A DNA stretch of 64,000 nucleotides from IMG/VR virus record IMGVR_UViG_3300042507_004023, one strand, 5' to 3'. The stretch is from a virus. Under the pieces are notes generated by a model. It did no database searches. It was given only the letters and a program-made list of their open reading frames with translations, and was not told the origin of the DNA. Within the stretch, counting starts at the first letter, position 1, and each line of letters opens with the position of its first letter. Positions 8,909 to 18,685 of the stretch are shown here, in pieces. Both the position numbers and the translations under genes were made by a program.

Positions 8909-9697
8909 ATGAAAACCTTATCTGAACTGTTAACCGAATTACGACAACTAGATGAACTGTTGGGCATCTACACCAACCCGAACGCATTTGAACCACGAGG
9001 CGGGCATGTGGAAACTCCACGCGAGCGCGAGTTGCGTTTAAAGTTTGAGCGTAGTCCACGCGGTCAAGCCATGATTGCAGCCGCACAGCGTAGAGATGCC
9101 GCCGGATTGAAGAAACTTGAACGATTAAAGAAACTTGGCATAGCAAAGCCCACTCGAACTCCGTTTCCGTGGGATAAAGATCGTGCAGGCTGGTGGCATG
9201 CCTCTAATCAATGGTTCACTTTCTTCCACGATAGCGACGGATATCATACCACACAGATTGTAAATAAACCGCAGCGATTTGGTATCTCAAACAGCGAAAT
9301 GGAGCAGGCACTAGACGAATACCTTAAAAACAAATCGCATTTCGACACAGAGTATTATGAATCAAAATTCGATCTTGAGGACGGCGAAAAACTAGAACCT
9401 CATCATATTAAAGAACTCATTCAAAATGAAGTTATAGATCTTTGCTTTCCGCTGCAACGACGAGTTTACGATAAAGGCTGGTTTAAAGTTTACGGAAGAC
9501 GGCACTCCGACTCTTGGATAACTTTAGAAGGCACAAGTAAACTTGCCGCAAGATTGGCGGTTCGTGAAATTCTTGCCACGATACCTGGCGAGGTGAAAAT
9601 TGAACTAGATTTGTATGCGCCCAACAGTGCTCGTCAATCAAGAACAACCAAGACACTTGCAACAAGAATTGCAGCGGAAAATTATATCATCACATGA
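8909..9697 (+). CDS. hypothetical protein, putative capsid-internal (MKTLSELLTE leader)
   Basis: ORF in a tightly packed operon. Confidence 0.7.
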   Translation: MKTLSELLTELRQLDELLGIYTNPNAFEPRGGHVETPRERELRLKFERSPRGQAMIAAAQRRDAAGLKKLERLKKLGIAKPTRTPFPWDKDRAGWWHASNQWFTFFHDSDGYHTTQIVNKPQRFGISNSEMEQALDEYLKNKSHFDTEYYESKFDLEDGEKLEPHHIKELIQNEVIDLCFPLQRRVYDKGWFKVYGRRHSDSWITLEGTSKLAARLAVREILATIPGEVKIELDLYAPNSARQSRTTKTLATRIAAENYIIT

Positions 9698-10647
9698 AAG
9701 ACTACTGGTATCTACGCGAAGATCTAACCGCCGCTCAGAAGATTAAACTGAAGCGTGAATATGATTTTGGAGGACACGGTGCAGGATTTCATCCGGCTGA
9801 TGAAAAGATATTGCTTAAGGTCAGTCGAGGCAAGCGAGATGAGAATGGCATTCCTGATTTTACCGGCGTAACTTTCTGTGATTTGATTTCTCTAAATCTT
9901 CAAGATTTCTGTCAGATGCTTAAGGCTACAGACGGAGAAGGTTCTAAAAGACAAAGCGATTATTTCGTAAACTACTCGGATTACAAGGTTCGCGGTTGGA
10001 ATGCTCTCACAGGAATGACGGACAGAATACGAGAAGCGTTTGGTGATGCGTTCGGAGATGTTTTGATGGGTGGCGGCAAGTCTTCAGTGGTGCAAGTGTT
10101 CCGTGATATTAAAGCGTGTTCCACACGAGGCGATTGGGCACGATTCTCAGGCGGAATCCTGTATCGCGGCAAACGAATTTCTTGGGGTAGATTTAAGAGT
10201 ATGCCGTGGCGAGTTGTAGGTAAGAATCTAGAATGCACCGCAATCTATCAAAGCAAACTAGCAATGCAATCGTGGACCATAGACCTAAAGGTAGCAAAAA
10301 AATTTGCCGCAGGGAATGAAGGGGCTATGAGTGATATGGATTTAGAAATACCAACAGGTTGGAGTGATGCAAGAGAAGAAGAGATATACGGAAGAAATAT
10401 AACAGGATTCCTTCCTGTGATTATTCAAGCCAACATTCCAGCGAAAGATTGCGTGTTTAATCCTCACATGATTGATAAAATTCAAAGAGCGATAGAATAC
10501 GGCGAATTAAACGAGAAAGAAGTGCTTCGTGTTTCCACAGAACCTATCCGAGCAAAGTTTACGGTTACACGAGAAATGTTGGAAACTGTAACCCACAACG
10601 ATGAGCAGATTGACCACATCTTCAATATCATTGGTAAGAGGAAGTGA
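9694..10647 (+). CDS. ADP-ribosyltransferase-like protein (R-S-E clade), paralogue 1
   Basis: LYRG...QSWT...NEKEVLRVS; leader MKDYWYLRE. Confidence 0.7.
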   Translation: MKDYWYLREDLTAAQKIKLKREYDFGGHGAGFHPADEKILLKVSRGKRDENGIPDFTGVTFCDLISLNLQDFCQMLKATDGEGSKRQSDYFVNYSDYKVRGWNALTGMTDRIREAFGDAFGDVLMGGGKSSVVQVFRDIKACSTRGDWARFSGGILYRGKRISWGRFKSMPWRVVGKNLECTAIYQSKLAMQSWTIDLKVAKKFAAGNEGAMSDMDLEIPTGWSDAREEEIYGRNITGFLPVIIQANIPAKDCVFNPHMIDKIQRAIEYGELNEKEVLRVSTEPIRAKFTVTREMLETVTHNDEQIDHIFNIIGKRK

Positions 10648-11798
10648 ACATGAAAGACTACTGGCAATTAAAACAAGAGTTGAAAACTTCAAGCAAACTC
10701 GTAAACGAGTCTTGGGATGCATACTGGAAAGAATGGAGTAGAAAGTTTGGAGGAGATGCAGCCTTGGCTAAAAAACTTCGGGGTGGCTGGACTCCAGACG
10801 GGATGGAATGGAGCGAATTATGGGCTGAAGTAATTATACGAGAATACGGACTTGACAAGAACTCAAGTAAATCTAGTAAATCGGGTAACTCAAGTAAATC
10901 AAAACCTCGCCCTGCTAGTGATTACCAATTTGACCCAGAAGACAAGAAGATATTTACCAAGTTAAGTAAAGGCAAAAAGGATAATTTAGGATTTCCCAAT
11001 TTCTCAGGTGTCACCATATGCGACTTCGTGAGTTTATCTCTTGATGACATGGTGTATGTGATTGACGGACTTAAAGACTCATATCTTTGGAACGATAATA
11101 CTAAAGAGTTATTAGATGCGTGGATTTTAGACGGAATGAAAACCCTTGAATCTGTAGCCGATAAAATTGACACGGCATTTGATGATTGGTTTGGTTCCGA
11201 TTTAATGGGTCGCGGTAAAGCCTCGGTGCTAGGAGTGTTTAAAGCAATACAAGCGTGTCCAACACGAGGCGATTGGACAAAAGCAGATTTCAAGGGAAGT
11301 TTGTATCGCGGCAAAACTATGTCTTGGGATAAACTTAAAGAGTTGAAATGGAAACGAGTCGGAAACGACTTACACGCCGAGGGAATCTATCAGAGCAGAC
11401 TTGGAGCACAATCTTGGACAAGAAGTATTGCTGTCGCTAAAAATTTTGCAAGATCGGCAGGCTCAGAGGCTAGCGGTTCTCCTGAAGCCGAGTTACACAT
11501 CTCAGGAATTTCAGGAGGAGTAATGCCTAAGCCTGGAACCGCAAAAGTATCTGGTTCTGCTCCTGTGATAATTTCCGCAGCGGTTCCTAAAGAGCAGTGT
11601 ATGCTTAGTGAACGGGCTTCAAGAAAATTGGCGGCTCGTGCAGGAATTTCATCTTCTGAAGAGGAAGTGATTCGCGTGTCTAATGCTCCAATTAAAGCGA
11701 AGTTTATTCTCACCAAAGGAACTCTCGTATCAGCAGTTCGTAATGATACTGAAGCGGTAGCGTATATTTACAAGACTCTGTTGCGAGAAAAATCGTGA
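10644..11798 (+). CDS. ADP-ribosyltransferase-like protein (R-S-E clade), paralogue 2
   Basis: LYRG...QSWT...SEEEVIRVS; N-terminal block similar to paralogue 1 (CDFVSL, ACPTRGDW). Confidence 0.7.
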   Translation: MNMKDYWQLKQELKTSSKLVNESWDAYWKEWSRKFGGDAALAKKLRGGWTPDGMEWSELWAEVIIREYGLDKNSSKSSKSGNSSKSKPRPASDYQFDPEDKKIFTKLSKGKKDNLGFPNFSGVTICDFVSLSLDDMVYVIDGLKDSYLWNDNTKELLDAWILDGMKTLESVADKIDTAFDDWFGSDLMGRGKASVLGVFKAIQACPTRGDWTKADFKGSLYRGKTMSWDKLKELKWKRVGNDLHAEGIYQSRLGAQSWTRSIAVAKNFARSAGSEASGSPEAELHISGISGGVMPKPGTAKVSGSAPVIISAAVPKEQCMLSERASRKLAARAGISSSEEEVIRVSNAPIKAKFILTKGTLVSAVRNDTEAVAYIYKTLLREKS

Positions 11799-12682
11799 AA
11801 GACTACTGGCAACTACGAGAAGTTTTGAGTGAAGCGAAACGCGGCAATTGGGTTCGCCCAAGCGATGCTAGCATTCGCAAAGAATATCAGATTGAGTATT
11901 TGAAGCATCTGATTCACGAGTTGCCTAGAAACATTTTTCCAACCGAAGCAGAGTTTCTGAAAGCGGTAAAGTCTGCTCCCACGATGCAGATTGATTCTGC
12001 TACCGACCGTAAGATTCACAATCGCAGTCGCACCCGAGACATGGAAGAACTACTAGATCTTATCTCAGGATATCGTTCGTTTCCAAAGTTTAGAAATGAA
12101 GATACACTTAAAGATTTAGAGAAACTTATAAAGGCAGGCAAGCCGGTAGATATGCCTATCGTGGTGAAGTTTCCTAAAGGAGATATGCGAGTTCTTGCAG
12201 GCAACACGCGAATGGATATTGCGTTTATGAACGGCATTAATCCTACGGTGGTGATGCTTGATTTGACTTCACACATGCGTAAACCTATCACCGAGATGAC
12301 AGACCGTGAAATTAAAAACGCAAAAGGAAGTGTGGAAAGTATAGTTGAAAAACTGAAGAAGGGTTACGGCACTATACCTGAAGTGTTGCACATCATTGCA
12401 GAGCCTGAGAAAGTTACTGCAAAATATCAAGGCAAGGCAACGAACGGCATACACCCTTATAGAATTTTCGGGCATCTTACTGATGATAAGAATACCATTA
12501 CAGAATATGATGTCTCGTATTGGTATTCGCCTTCAATAGCAAATTGGACAGACCCGAAACGCTCAAACATCTACACACGCGAAGCCAGAAAGATTTGGGA
12601 CTCGCTTGTTAAAACCGCAAAGTGGACAGCACGATGGGATAAAGGTAAGATTACTGTGAACTCAAACGAGAAGTTAACATGA
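11795..12682 (+). CDS. ParB/Srx-like domain protein, putative capsid-internal
   Basis: PIVVKF...RVLAGNTRMDIA resembles the ParB/Srx core; leader MKDYWQLRE. Confidence 0.5.
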   Translation: MKDYWQLREVLSEAKRGNWVRPSDASIRKEYQIEYLKHLIHELPRNIFPTEAEFLKAVKSAPTMQIDSATDRKIHNRSRTRDMEELLDLISGYRSFPKFRNEDTLKDLEKLIKAGKPVDMPIVVKFPKGDMRVLAGNTRMDIAFMNGINPTVVMLDLTSHMRKPITEMTDREIKNAKGSVESIVEKLKKGYGTIPEVLHIIAEPEKVTAKYQGKATNGIHPYRIFGHLTDDKNTITEYDVSYWYSPSIANWTDPKRSNIYTREARKIWDSLVKTAKWTARWDKGKITVNSNEKLT

Positions 12683-13476
12683 AAGATTTCATAGACTATC
12701 TTCAAGAAGCCACCAAAACGACAAAGGGGCCAACCATCTGTGAATTGCTGTCTCAACCAACCGAAGAAGCGTTTGTAGATATGGTTAAACATCCTGTTTC
12801 TTCTGGTATGGGTTCACTGAAAAAATACTCAAGCGCGTTGATTTATTATTTTGATTCAAGCATAAGAAAACCTAGTGTTCATAATGCTATAATTGAAATG
12901 TGTAAATGTAAGAATCGTGCAAACTGGACTTACTCGTTTGATAACATACCAGTTTGGCGTGGGCTTAATAAGACTTCTCGTTATCTTGCCGAGAAATTTA
13001 AGTTTACAGGAGAATTGGTTGAATTTAACGGTGTGGAATATCTTGTGGCTACAGGAACTTATAAATCAGAGCATCCAATTCAATCGTGGAGTTACGAGTT
13101 TAGGGTGGCACAACAATTTACAACCTACACAATACCTTCTTTTACTGAAGATGCCATCCAAATCATAATTGAGCATCGTGTTAAACGACAAGAAACTTTC
13201 TTAACACCTGATGTGATTCGTCAGATATCTGCTCACACCGAAGAGAAAGAAATTCTTCGTGTAAGCAACACACCAATACAGGTTCGTGCTTATGTTTCCC
13301 TATGGAGCGCATGGGGCAATCTAGTAGACTTCAGTATAGGGAATGCAGACGAAAGAGATATTAAAACATTCAAAACTCGTCTTGCTAAAATTACCGGAGA
13401 AGATGCGTTAAAACGAATGAGCACAAGCAACTTGTGGAAACACTTTGAGAAAAAGGTAAGTAAGTATTCCGTATGA
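12679..13476 (+). CDS. ADP-ribosyltransferase-like protein (R-S-E clade), paralogue 3
   Basis: VWRG...QSWS...TEEKEILRVS; leader MKDFIDYLQE. Confidence 0.65.
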   Translation: MKDFIDYLQEATKTTKGPTICELLSQPTEEAFVDMVKHPVSSGMGSLKKYSSALIYYFDSSIRKPSVHNAIIEMCKCKNRANWTYSFDNIPVWRGLNKTSRYLAEKFKFTGELVEFNGVEYLVATGTYKSEHPIQSWSYEFRVAQQFTTYTIPSFTEDAIQIIIEHRVKRQETFLTPDVIRQISAHTEEKEILRVSNTPIQVRAYVSLWSAWGNLVDFSIGNADERDIKTFKTRLAKITGEDALKRMSTSNLWKHFEKKVSKYSV

Positions 13477-14420
13477 AAGGGTTCACGAACTATCTTCAAG
13501 AGACCCCAAACGAAGGCATCTGCTGGTGGCTGCGCCAACCTATGGTTAGACCGTTACAGGAGTTGGTGTATTTATGTTACGAAAGATTTGAAACTGTCCG
13601 TTACGATTACGCGATGATTGAAACCTTGAAAATAAGAGTTGCATACGAAGAGTATCGCAAAAAGTTTGCGCCTGCTGCACCAAATCTAACAAAAGAAATT
13701 TGGATGGCAGCAGTAAATATCGGAGAGCATTTCAAAATTTCTATAGATTCAAATCGTTCGCAAAGTGACATGAATTCAGTAAAACTAGGATTGAAAAAAT
13801 TGCTTGCTTGTCCGTCTCGTGCTTCTTGGACTTGGTATGATGGTGAAGCATATCGCGGAACCACATTAGGAATGGATGACTTCAAGAGCGTGAAATTTAA
13901 GGATGCGGCATTTACTGGCAGCAGCACTTACCTGATTGGAGATATGACCTACAGTTCTAGGTATGAAGGACAATCGTGGTCAACAACATTTAGGGTTGCC
14001 GAATCATTTGGTAAAATATCGGTAAAATATGTTCGTGAACGCACCAACAGGTCTCGCGTTATGGCAATCATGGAAGCACAGTTAACCAAACAAGAAACTC
14101 TGTTTGACGGCAAAGCAAGCAGCGATATACTTAATGCAGTAATGGGAAGTATTGATGATGAAGAGGAAGTGCTTCGTTTAAGCAATAAGCCGATTCGTTG
14201 CAAGGTTTATGTGCCTTTGAGAGGATTTGTTGCCATGATGCAGAACGCGCCAGGAGGATACGGGAAAGATCCAGAATGGAGCAATTCGGATGAGCGCACA
14301 ACTGTTTGGGATTGGAAGAAGGAAGATAAAGCAATATTCTTGCGTCACTTCCGAAAGTTCTTCACAAGCGTTGATGCCACAGAAAAAGCATTTAACGCAC
14401 TAGTATCACTAGTGTCATAA
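13473..14420 (+). CDS. ADP-ribosyltransferase-like protein (R-S-E clade), paralogue 4
   Basis: AYRG...QSWS...DEEEVLRLS; ACPSRASW; leader MKGFTNYLQE. Confidence 0.65.
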   Translation: MKGFTNYLQETPNEGICWWLRQPMVRPLQELVYLCYERFETVRYDYAMIETLKIRVAYEEYRKKFAPAAPNLTKEIWMAAVNIGEHFKISIDSNRSQSDMNSVKLGLKKLLACPSRASWTWYDGEAYRGTTLGMDDFKSVKFKDAAFTGSSTYLIGDMTYSSRYEGQSWSTTFRVAESFGKISVKYVRERTNRSRVMAIMEAQLTKQETLFDGKASSDILNAVMGSIDDEEEVLRLSNKPIRCKVYVPLRGFVAMMQNAPGGYGKDPEWSNSDERTTVWDWKKEDKAIFLRHFRKFFTSVDATEKAFNALVSLVS

Positions 14421-14433
14421 TCACGCAGAAAGA

Positions 14434-14440
14434 ATAAATA
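14434..14440 (+). promoter_or_regulatory. T4-type late promoter
   Basis: ATAAATA 5 nt before ATG 14446. Confidence 0.6.
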
Positions 14441-14445
14441 CCGAT

Positions 14446-15702
14446 ATGAAGACTTTAACCGGACTACTTGGAGAACTCTACCTAACAGAGTCTATCAATT
14501 CCACTAAATTTGAAATTGATTTAACCAAGGCTTTCAATGAAATTTCAAGCGAAGGCAAAAGTCGTGCTACTGGACTAAAGTATCAAAGCAAAGCAGCGGA
14601 AGTTGCGGCTAAGTCTTGCATTAAAGAGTTGATTAAAAGGATTGGCAAGCCTCGCTTGGCTTGGCAGATGGCAGGTCGAGCACCCACTTCGGTAATCACT
14701 CCTGCATACTTGGAAGGTGGGCCAGGCAAGAGCATTAAGAGTGGCGAACCAAAAACCGATATTGTGTTCTTAAATCAGAGCGGCAAAAAGTATTGCTCCT
14801 CGGTTAAAAACGGAGCAGCAGCACAAATTGCTTCCGCACAAACCAACGAAATCTACGCGGTGCTTAACGCAACCTTTGGAAAAACAGAAGGTGCAGAAAT
14901 TGCTAAAACCATTTCTAACATTATTATTCAAACCGGTAACGAAACAGTCTACAAGCAGACTCGCAAGAAGTTTGAAACCAAATATGGTAAAGATGAATTT
15001 GACCGCCTGATAAGTGTGGTTACTGGTTTGAAGAGTGGAACAGGAGTTCCGTTCGACCGCGAACTAGAACAGATAAACGAATTCTTGGATTTGATTGGAG
15101 TTCGTGAAAAGATAACAATTGAAATGACCAAGTTCATGTTGAAAAATGAGAATCGCAAGAAACTACTTCGTGAGTTTGCGACAGGTGAAAAACGATTTAA
15201 CAAACCTGACTTTATAGCCACTCACTTCTTGGAATGGTTTGATGACGGCAGCATTAAGTTTATGGATGCAGACGAATTCATTGACCACATGTTGCCTCGC
15301 TTCAAGTTCGGTTTGCGTGACCGTGGAAGAAAGAGCAGCAAGAGCGGTGGCGGTTCTCGTGGCATTGCGTTCCGATTAGACTTCGCTCAGAAAGCAGGAG
15401 ATGCAGGCGAACTAGATGAAGCGTTCGACGGCATGATGTTGGAACAGAACTACGAATACTACATGCAATGTTTCAATGAAGGATTGGGCGATTGGTTGAA
15501 AACCGCAAAACAAAATGTGGTTAACGCAGGCATGAAAGGTTATCAATATGTTAAAGAAGGATTTAAAAAGTTTGTTGAGGCTTTGCGTAAAGTAGTTTCA
15601 ATCTTTGCGGCAATTTTAAGTCGAGCAATTCGTGGACTTGGATTAGGTTCGTTCTTGGATAAGTTCGGCCTACAGCCCACCGAAATGCGTTACACCTGGT
15701 AA
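14446..15702 (+). CDS. hypothetical protein with possible PD-(D/E)xK nuclease fold
   Basis: EPKTDIVF...SSVKNG resembles the PD-(D/E)xK core; leader MKTLTGLLGE. Confidence 0.5.
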   Translation: MKTLTGLLGELYLTESINSTKFEIDLTKAFNEISSEGKSRATGLKYQSKAAEVAAKSCIKELIKRIGKPRLAWQMAGRAPTSVITPAYLEGGPGKSIKSGEPKTDIVFLNQSGKKYCSSVKNGAAAQIASAQTNEIYAVLNATFGKTEGAEIAKTISNIIIQTGNETVYKQTRKKFETKYGKDEFDRLISVVTGLKSGTGVPFDRELEQINEFLDLIGVREKITIEMTKFMLKNENRKKLLREFATGEKRFNKPDFIATHFLEWFDDGSIKFMDADEFIDHMLPRFKFGLRDRGRKSSKSGGGSRGIAFRLDFAQKAGDAGELDEAFDGMMLEQNYEYYMQCFNEGLGDWLKTAKQNVVNAGMKGYQYVKEGFKKFVEALRKVVSIFAAILSRAIRGLGLGSFLDKFGLQPTEMRYTW

Positions 15703-15886
15703 GTCCGATAACTTTAGGCCCCGTGGAGGGGTGGCCCCGTGGGGATGCCCGTAGGGTGGGGCCCGACCTGCGAACGCGCCAGAGAGGCGGCTAGCGGCTC
15801 CAAAACCCCCCAAAAACCCGCAGGAAACCCGGTCCTTTTGGGTGTGCGTCCGATAATAAAAAATGGCGATTCGGCGGCCCTACGGC

Positions 15887-15915
15887 TTGACAGGGCCCCG
15901 TTTTTATGCTAAAAT
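15887..15915 (+). promoter_or_regulatory. sigma70-type promoter, leaderless architecture
   Basis: TTGACA (15887-15892), 17 nt, TAAAAT (15910-15915), 6 nt, ATG 15922. Confidence 0.8.
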
Positions 15916-15921
15916 TGAGGG

Positions 15922-16833
15922 ATGACCACAACTACATTGCCGCCCTACTCTCTCGCCACTCTCCTGCCCGCCGATGTCACGCCCGTGTCCACGGCTCCGC
16001 TGTTCTACCATTCCGACAACGCGGAACTGCTGTTGGAGTCGGGATGGAATCCGCACACGCAGGATCTGTTTGAGCGTTACAAGGGCAAGGTGTGCTGTCT
16101 CACGGATTGGTGGGGCATGATTCCGCTCTACGCGGACGACACCACCAGCATGTGTTGCATGCTGTATGCGTGGTTGCGAAATCCCGACCCGAACGCCACC
16201 GAGATGGTGCGTTTCCTTCCCATCATGGTGCAGTGCCACGAGCAGCGACGCTACGGCTACACGCCTGTTCGCGGTCATCATGTTTCCAGCACCGCGTTTC
16301 AGTGCGATGCTTCCGTGAAGGAGCGAGCCGAATTTCTCGTGTGGTGGAAGACTGTGTGGGCGGTGCAGACTGCTGCCGCGATGGGCAAGAATTTCAAGGA
16401 AAACTACCTTGGTCAACTTCGCAAGAGTTGGGAGGATACGGTGTCTCCGAAGCCTGTGAAGGGTTCCAAGTGGCGCGTGACGGCGGGTCGCAAGTATCCG
16501 CACGGCAAGGTGGGCATGATGTTTTGGGACGGCAAGACTCGCTTCGGTGCTGCCATCGGTCTTGCTTGGTCGGACAAGCGTGATGCGAGCGGCAAGTTCA
16601 CGGATGTGGGTTTCATCAATCCCGCGAATGTGGAGTATGTGCCGAACGATGCCGACCAGCAGATTCTCAACAATCTTATTGAGGATTCCAAGCAGGCAGA
16701 CAGTCTGTGCGACGAGCGCACCAAGCAGGTGCTTGCGCTGCTGATGCGGTATCCTCCCATCGGTGATACGCCGAATCCGCATGCTCGCGTTTCCCCCTCA
16801 AACCTCACGATGGAGATTGGTGGGCAGCGATAA
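15922..16833 (+). CDS. hypothetical early protein
   Basis: GC-rich ORF directly after a strong promoter; VTAGRKYPHGKVG segment. Confidence 0.8.
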   Translation: MTTTTLPPYSLATLLPADVTPVSTAPLFYHSDNAELLLESGWNPHTQDLFERYKGKVCCLTDWWGMIPLYADDTTSMCCMLYAWLRNPDPNATEMVRFLPIMVQCHEQRRYGYTPVRGHHVSSTAFQCDASVKERAEFLVWWKTVWAVQTAAAMGKNFKENYLGQLRKSWEDTVSPKPVKGSKWRVTAGRKYPHGKVGMMFWDGKTRFGAAIGLAWSDKRDASGKFTDVGFINPANVEYVPNDADQQILNNLIEDSKQADSLCDERTKQVLALLMRYPPIGDTPNPHARVSPSNLTMEIGGQR

Positions 16834-17396
16834 TGGCTAACACCTTCTTCATCGGTTGTCCGCACTTCGGGCACGACAACATTTACCGCTTCACTCGTTC
16901 AAACGGTGAGCGAGTTCGCCCGTTTGCGAATGCCGCCGAGGGAGATGCGGTAATGGCAGAACGGTGGAACGCCACGGTGCGTTCTGCTGATAAGGTGTAT
17001 GTGATGGGCGATGTAGCCTTCACGAATCAGGCTTTGAAAATTCTTGGTTCTCTTAACGGTTCCAAGATTCTTATCAAGGGCAACCATGACATTCTGAAGC
17101 CAGGCGAATACCTGAAGTATTTCAAGGATATTCGTGCGTATCACAGAATGGACAAGGAGATTCTTTCACACATTCCGCTGCATCCGAATTCCTTGTATCG
17201 GCATCAGACTGGCGGATGGTGGCTGAACATTCACGCTCATCTTCACGCGGAAGCCGTGATGGAAATGCAAGATGACCCCGAGGAGCCGATGCGAGCATGT
17301 CAGGCGGAAGACCCTCGTTACTTTTCGGTGTGTGTGGAACGAATCAACTACACGCCGATTTCGTTGGAAGAGATTCGTAAGAAAGCAGGACTGTGA
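16833..17396 (+). CDS. calcineurin-like metallophosphoesterase
   Basis: Motifs PHFGH, MGDV, KGNHD, SHIP, HAHLH. Confidence 0.9.
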   Translation: MANTFFIGCPHFGHDNIYRFTRSNGERVRPFANAAEGDAVMAERWNATVRSADKVYVMGDVAFTNQALKILGSLNGSKILIKGNHDILKPGEYLKYFKDIRAYHRMDKEILSHIPLHPNSLYRHQTGGWWLNIHAHLHAEAVMEMQDDPEEPMRACQAEDPRYFSVCVERINYTPISLEEIRKKAGL

Positions 17397-17629
17397 TGAC
17401 ATCCTCCGCATCATTCAAGCGAGACATCGTGGACGAACTGTTTCGTCGCAACGATGAACTTTCGTGTGCTGCGGGAAGCGAAATACTGCGGTTGCGTCAA
17501 GCGATGCGAACTGTTTGGGGCATTTACTACTCCAATCAATTTTCAAACGATGACGCACGAATGTGGGCAATGCTTCAAGTGATGAACGAAACCTTGAAAG
17601 ACAATCCAAACTATCCGAACTTTTACTGA
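17393..17629 (+). CDS. small hypothetical protein
   Basis: Overlapping start/stop in the operon. Confidence 0.55.
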   Translation: MMTSSASFKRDIVDELFRRNDELSCAAGSEILRLRQAMRTVWGIYYSNQFSNDDARMWAMLQVMNETLKDNPNYPNFY

Positions 17630-17637
17630 AAGAAAAA

Positions 17638-17868
17638 ATGAAAACCAAGAAGACCAAGAAGAAGACTGTTCGCAAGACTCCCGTTCAGGAGACTCCTGAT
17701 ATTGTGAAGGAGTTGCGTGAAGCCGCTGCATGGTTCAGCGGGAAGAAGGGTATTGAGTGGCTGCTTGACCGAGCCGCGATGGAGATTGAAAGCCTTCGTG
17801 AAGAGGTTAAGGGGCTTGAGGATTACCGAGAAGAAGTTTGGGCTAGAAACTGGCGAGGAGAAGACTGA
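17638..17868 (+). CDS. small hypothetical protein (basic N-terminus; DIVKELRE...AAMEIESLR type)
   Basis: ATG 17638 within ORF 17563-17868. Confidence 0.65.
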   Translation: MKTKKTKKKTVRKTPVQETPDIVKELREAAAWFSGKKGIEWLLDRAAMEIESLREEVKGLEDYREEVWARNWRGED

Positions 17869-17870
17869 AA

Positions 17871-18167
17871 ATGAATTGGGAAGTGATTCACTATTGGCTG
17901 TTGGTTGAAGATGACTACGGCGGCTACAAGCGACAGGAATGGGTGCAGTTTGTGGTTCACACCAAACCTTTCAAGCATGTTCATCAGTGCCGAGTCTTGG
18001 TTCGGGCAGACACCAACGGTGCGCCTGGCAAGATTCTCAGCACTTGGACTGGCACTGTGGAACACGCTCGTCAACTGTGGGAACACTACATCACCAAGCA
18101 GAACGGTAGGTATCTCATTCAGAAAACCGAGCGTCGTGGCGACCAATCGTATACTCCCACCAAGTAA
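17871..18167 (+). CDS. small hypothetical protein with AR..W motif
   Basis: ORF; TVEHARQLWEHY. Confidence 0.65.
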   Translation: MNWEVIHYWLLVEDDYGGYKRQEWVQFVVHTKPFKHVHQCRVLVRADTNGAPGKILSTWTGTVEHARQLWEHYITKQNGRYLIQKTERRGDQSYTPTK

Positions 18168-18173
18168 GGAAAA

Positions 18174-18437
18174 TTGAAAATGGAATTCACATGGAATCAT
18201 CGCGTGGTTCACCACGACACCGACCCTGAGAACGAATACTTCGCAATTCACGAAGCGGGGTATGAAAACGGAATCCTTACTACGGTCTCTCCGCACTTTG
18301 CAAGTGTGTTGGGAGATACCATTGAAGGATTGCACGAATCTCTCAATCGGTTTCGGGACGCGCTTGCTCATCCCATTCTGCGTCTTTCTGAACTTCACGA
18401 ACGAGGTCAAATCTTTGCGGAAGAAGGTGGAGCATGA
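18174..18437 (+). CDS. small hypothetical protein (WNHRVV...IHE type)
   Basis: ORF in the operon. Confidence 0.65.
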   Translation: MKMEFTWNHRVVHHDTDPENEYFAIHEAGYENGILTTVSPHFASVLGDTIEGLHESLNRFRDALAHPILRLSELHERGQIFAEEGGA

Positions 18438-18685
18438 ATTGGGCTAAATGGGAAACCAATCAGACCAACAAGGAAAAGTTTATCACTCATCGTTTGGTGA
18501 TGACTCATCACCTATATGAGAAAGAAACTTGGAGTTTCACTCTTGTTAAAACCGACCCACGAAATGTAATGTGCTGTCACTTTTTTAAAGACAAGTGCAT
18601 CAACACCATTGAATTGACGGTTGAAAATGCTCGCAAGCAATGGGATAGGCTCGTTAACATGGGAGCAATTCTCGATGTCAAGTAA
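18434..18685 (+). CDS. small hypothetical protein with AR..W motif
   Basis: ATGA overlap; TVENARKQWDRLV. Confidence 0.65.
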   Translation: MNWAKWETNQTNKEKFITHRLVMTHHLYEKETWSFTLVKTDPRNVMCCHFFKDKCINTIELTVENARKQWDRLVNMGAILDVK

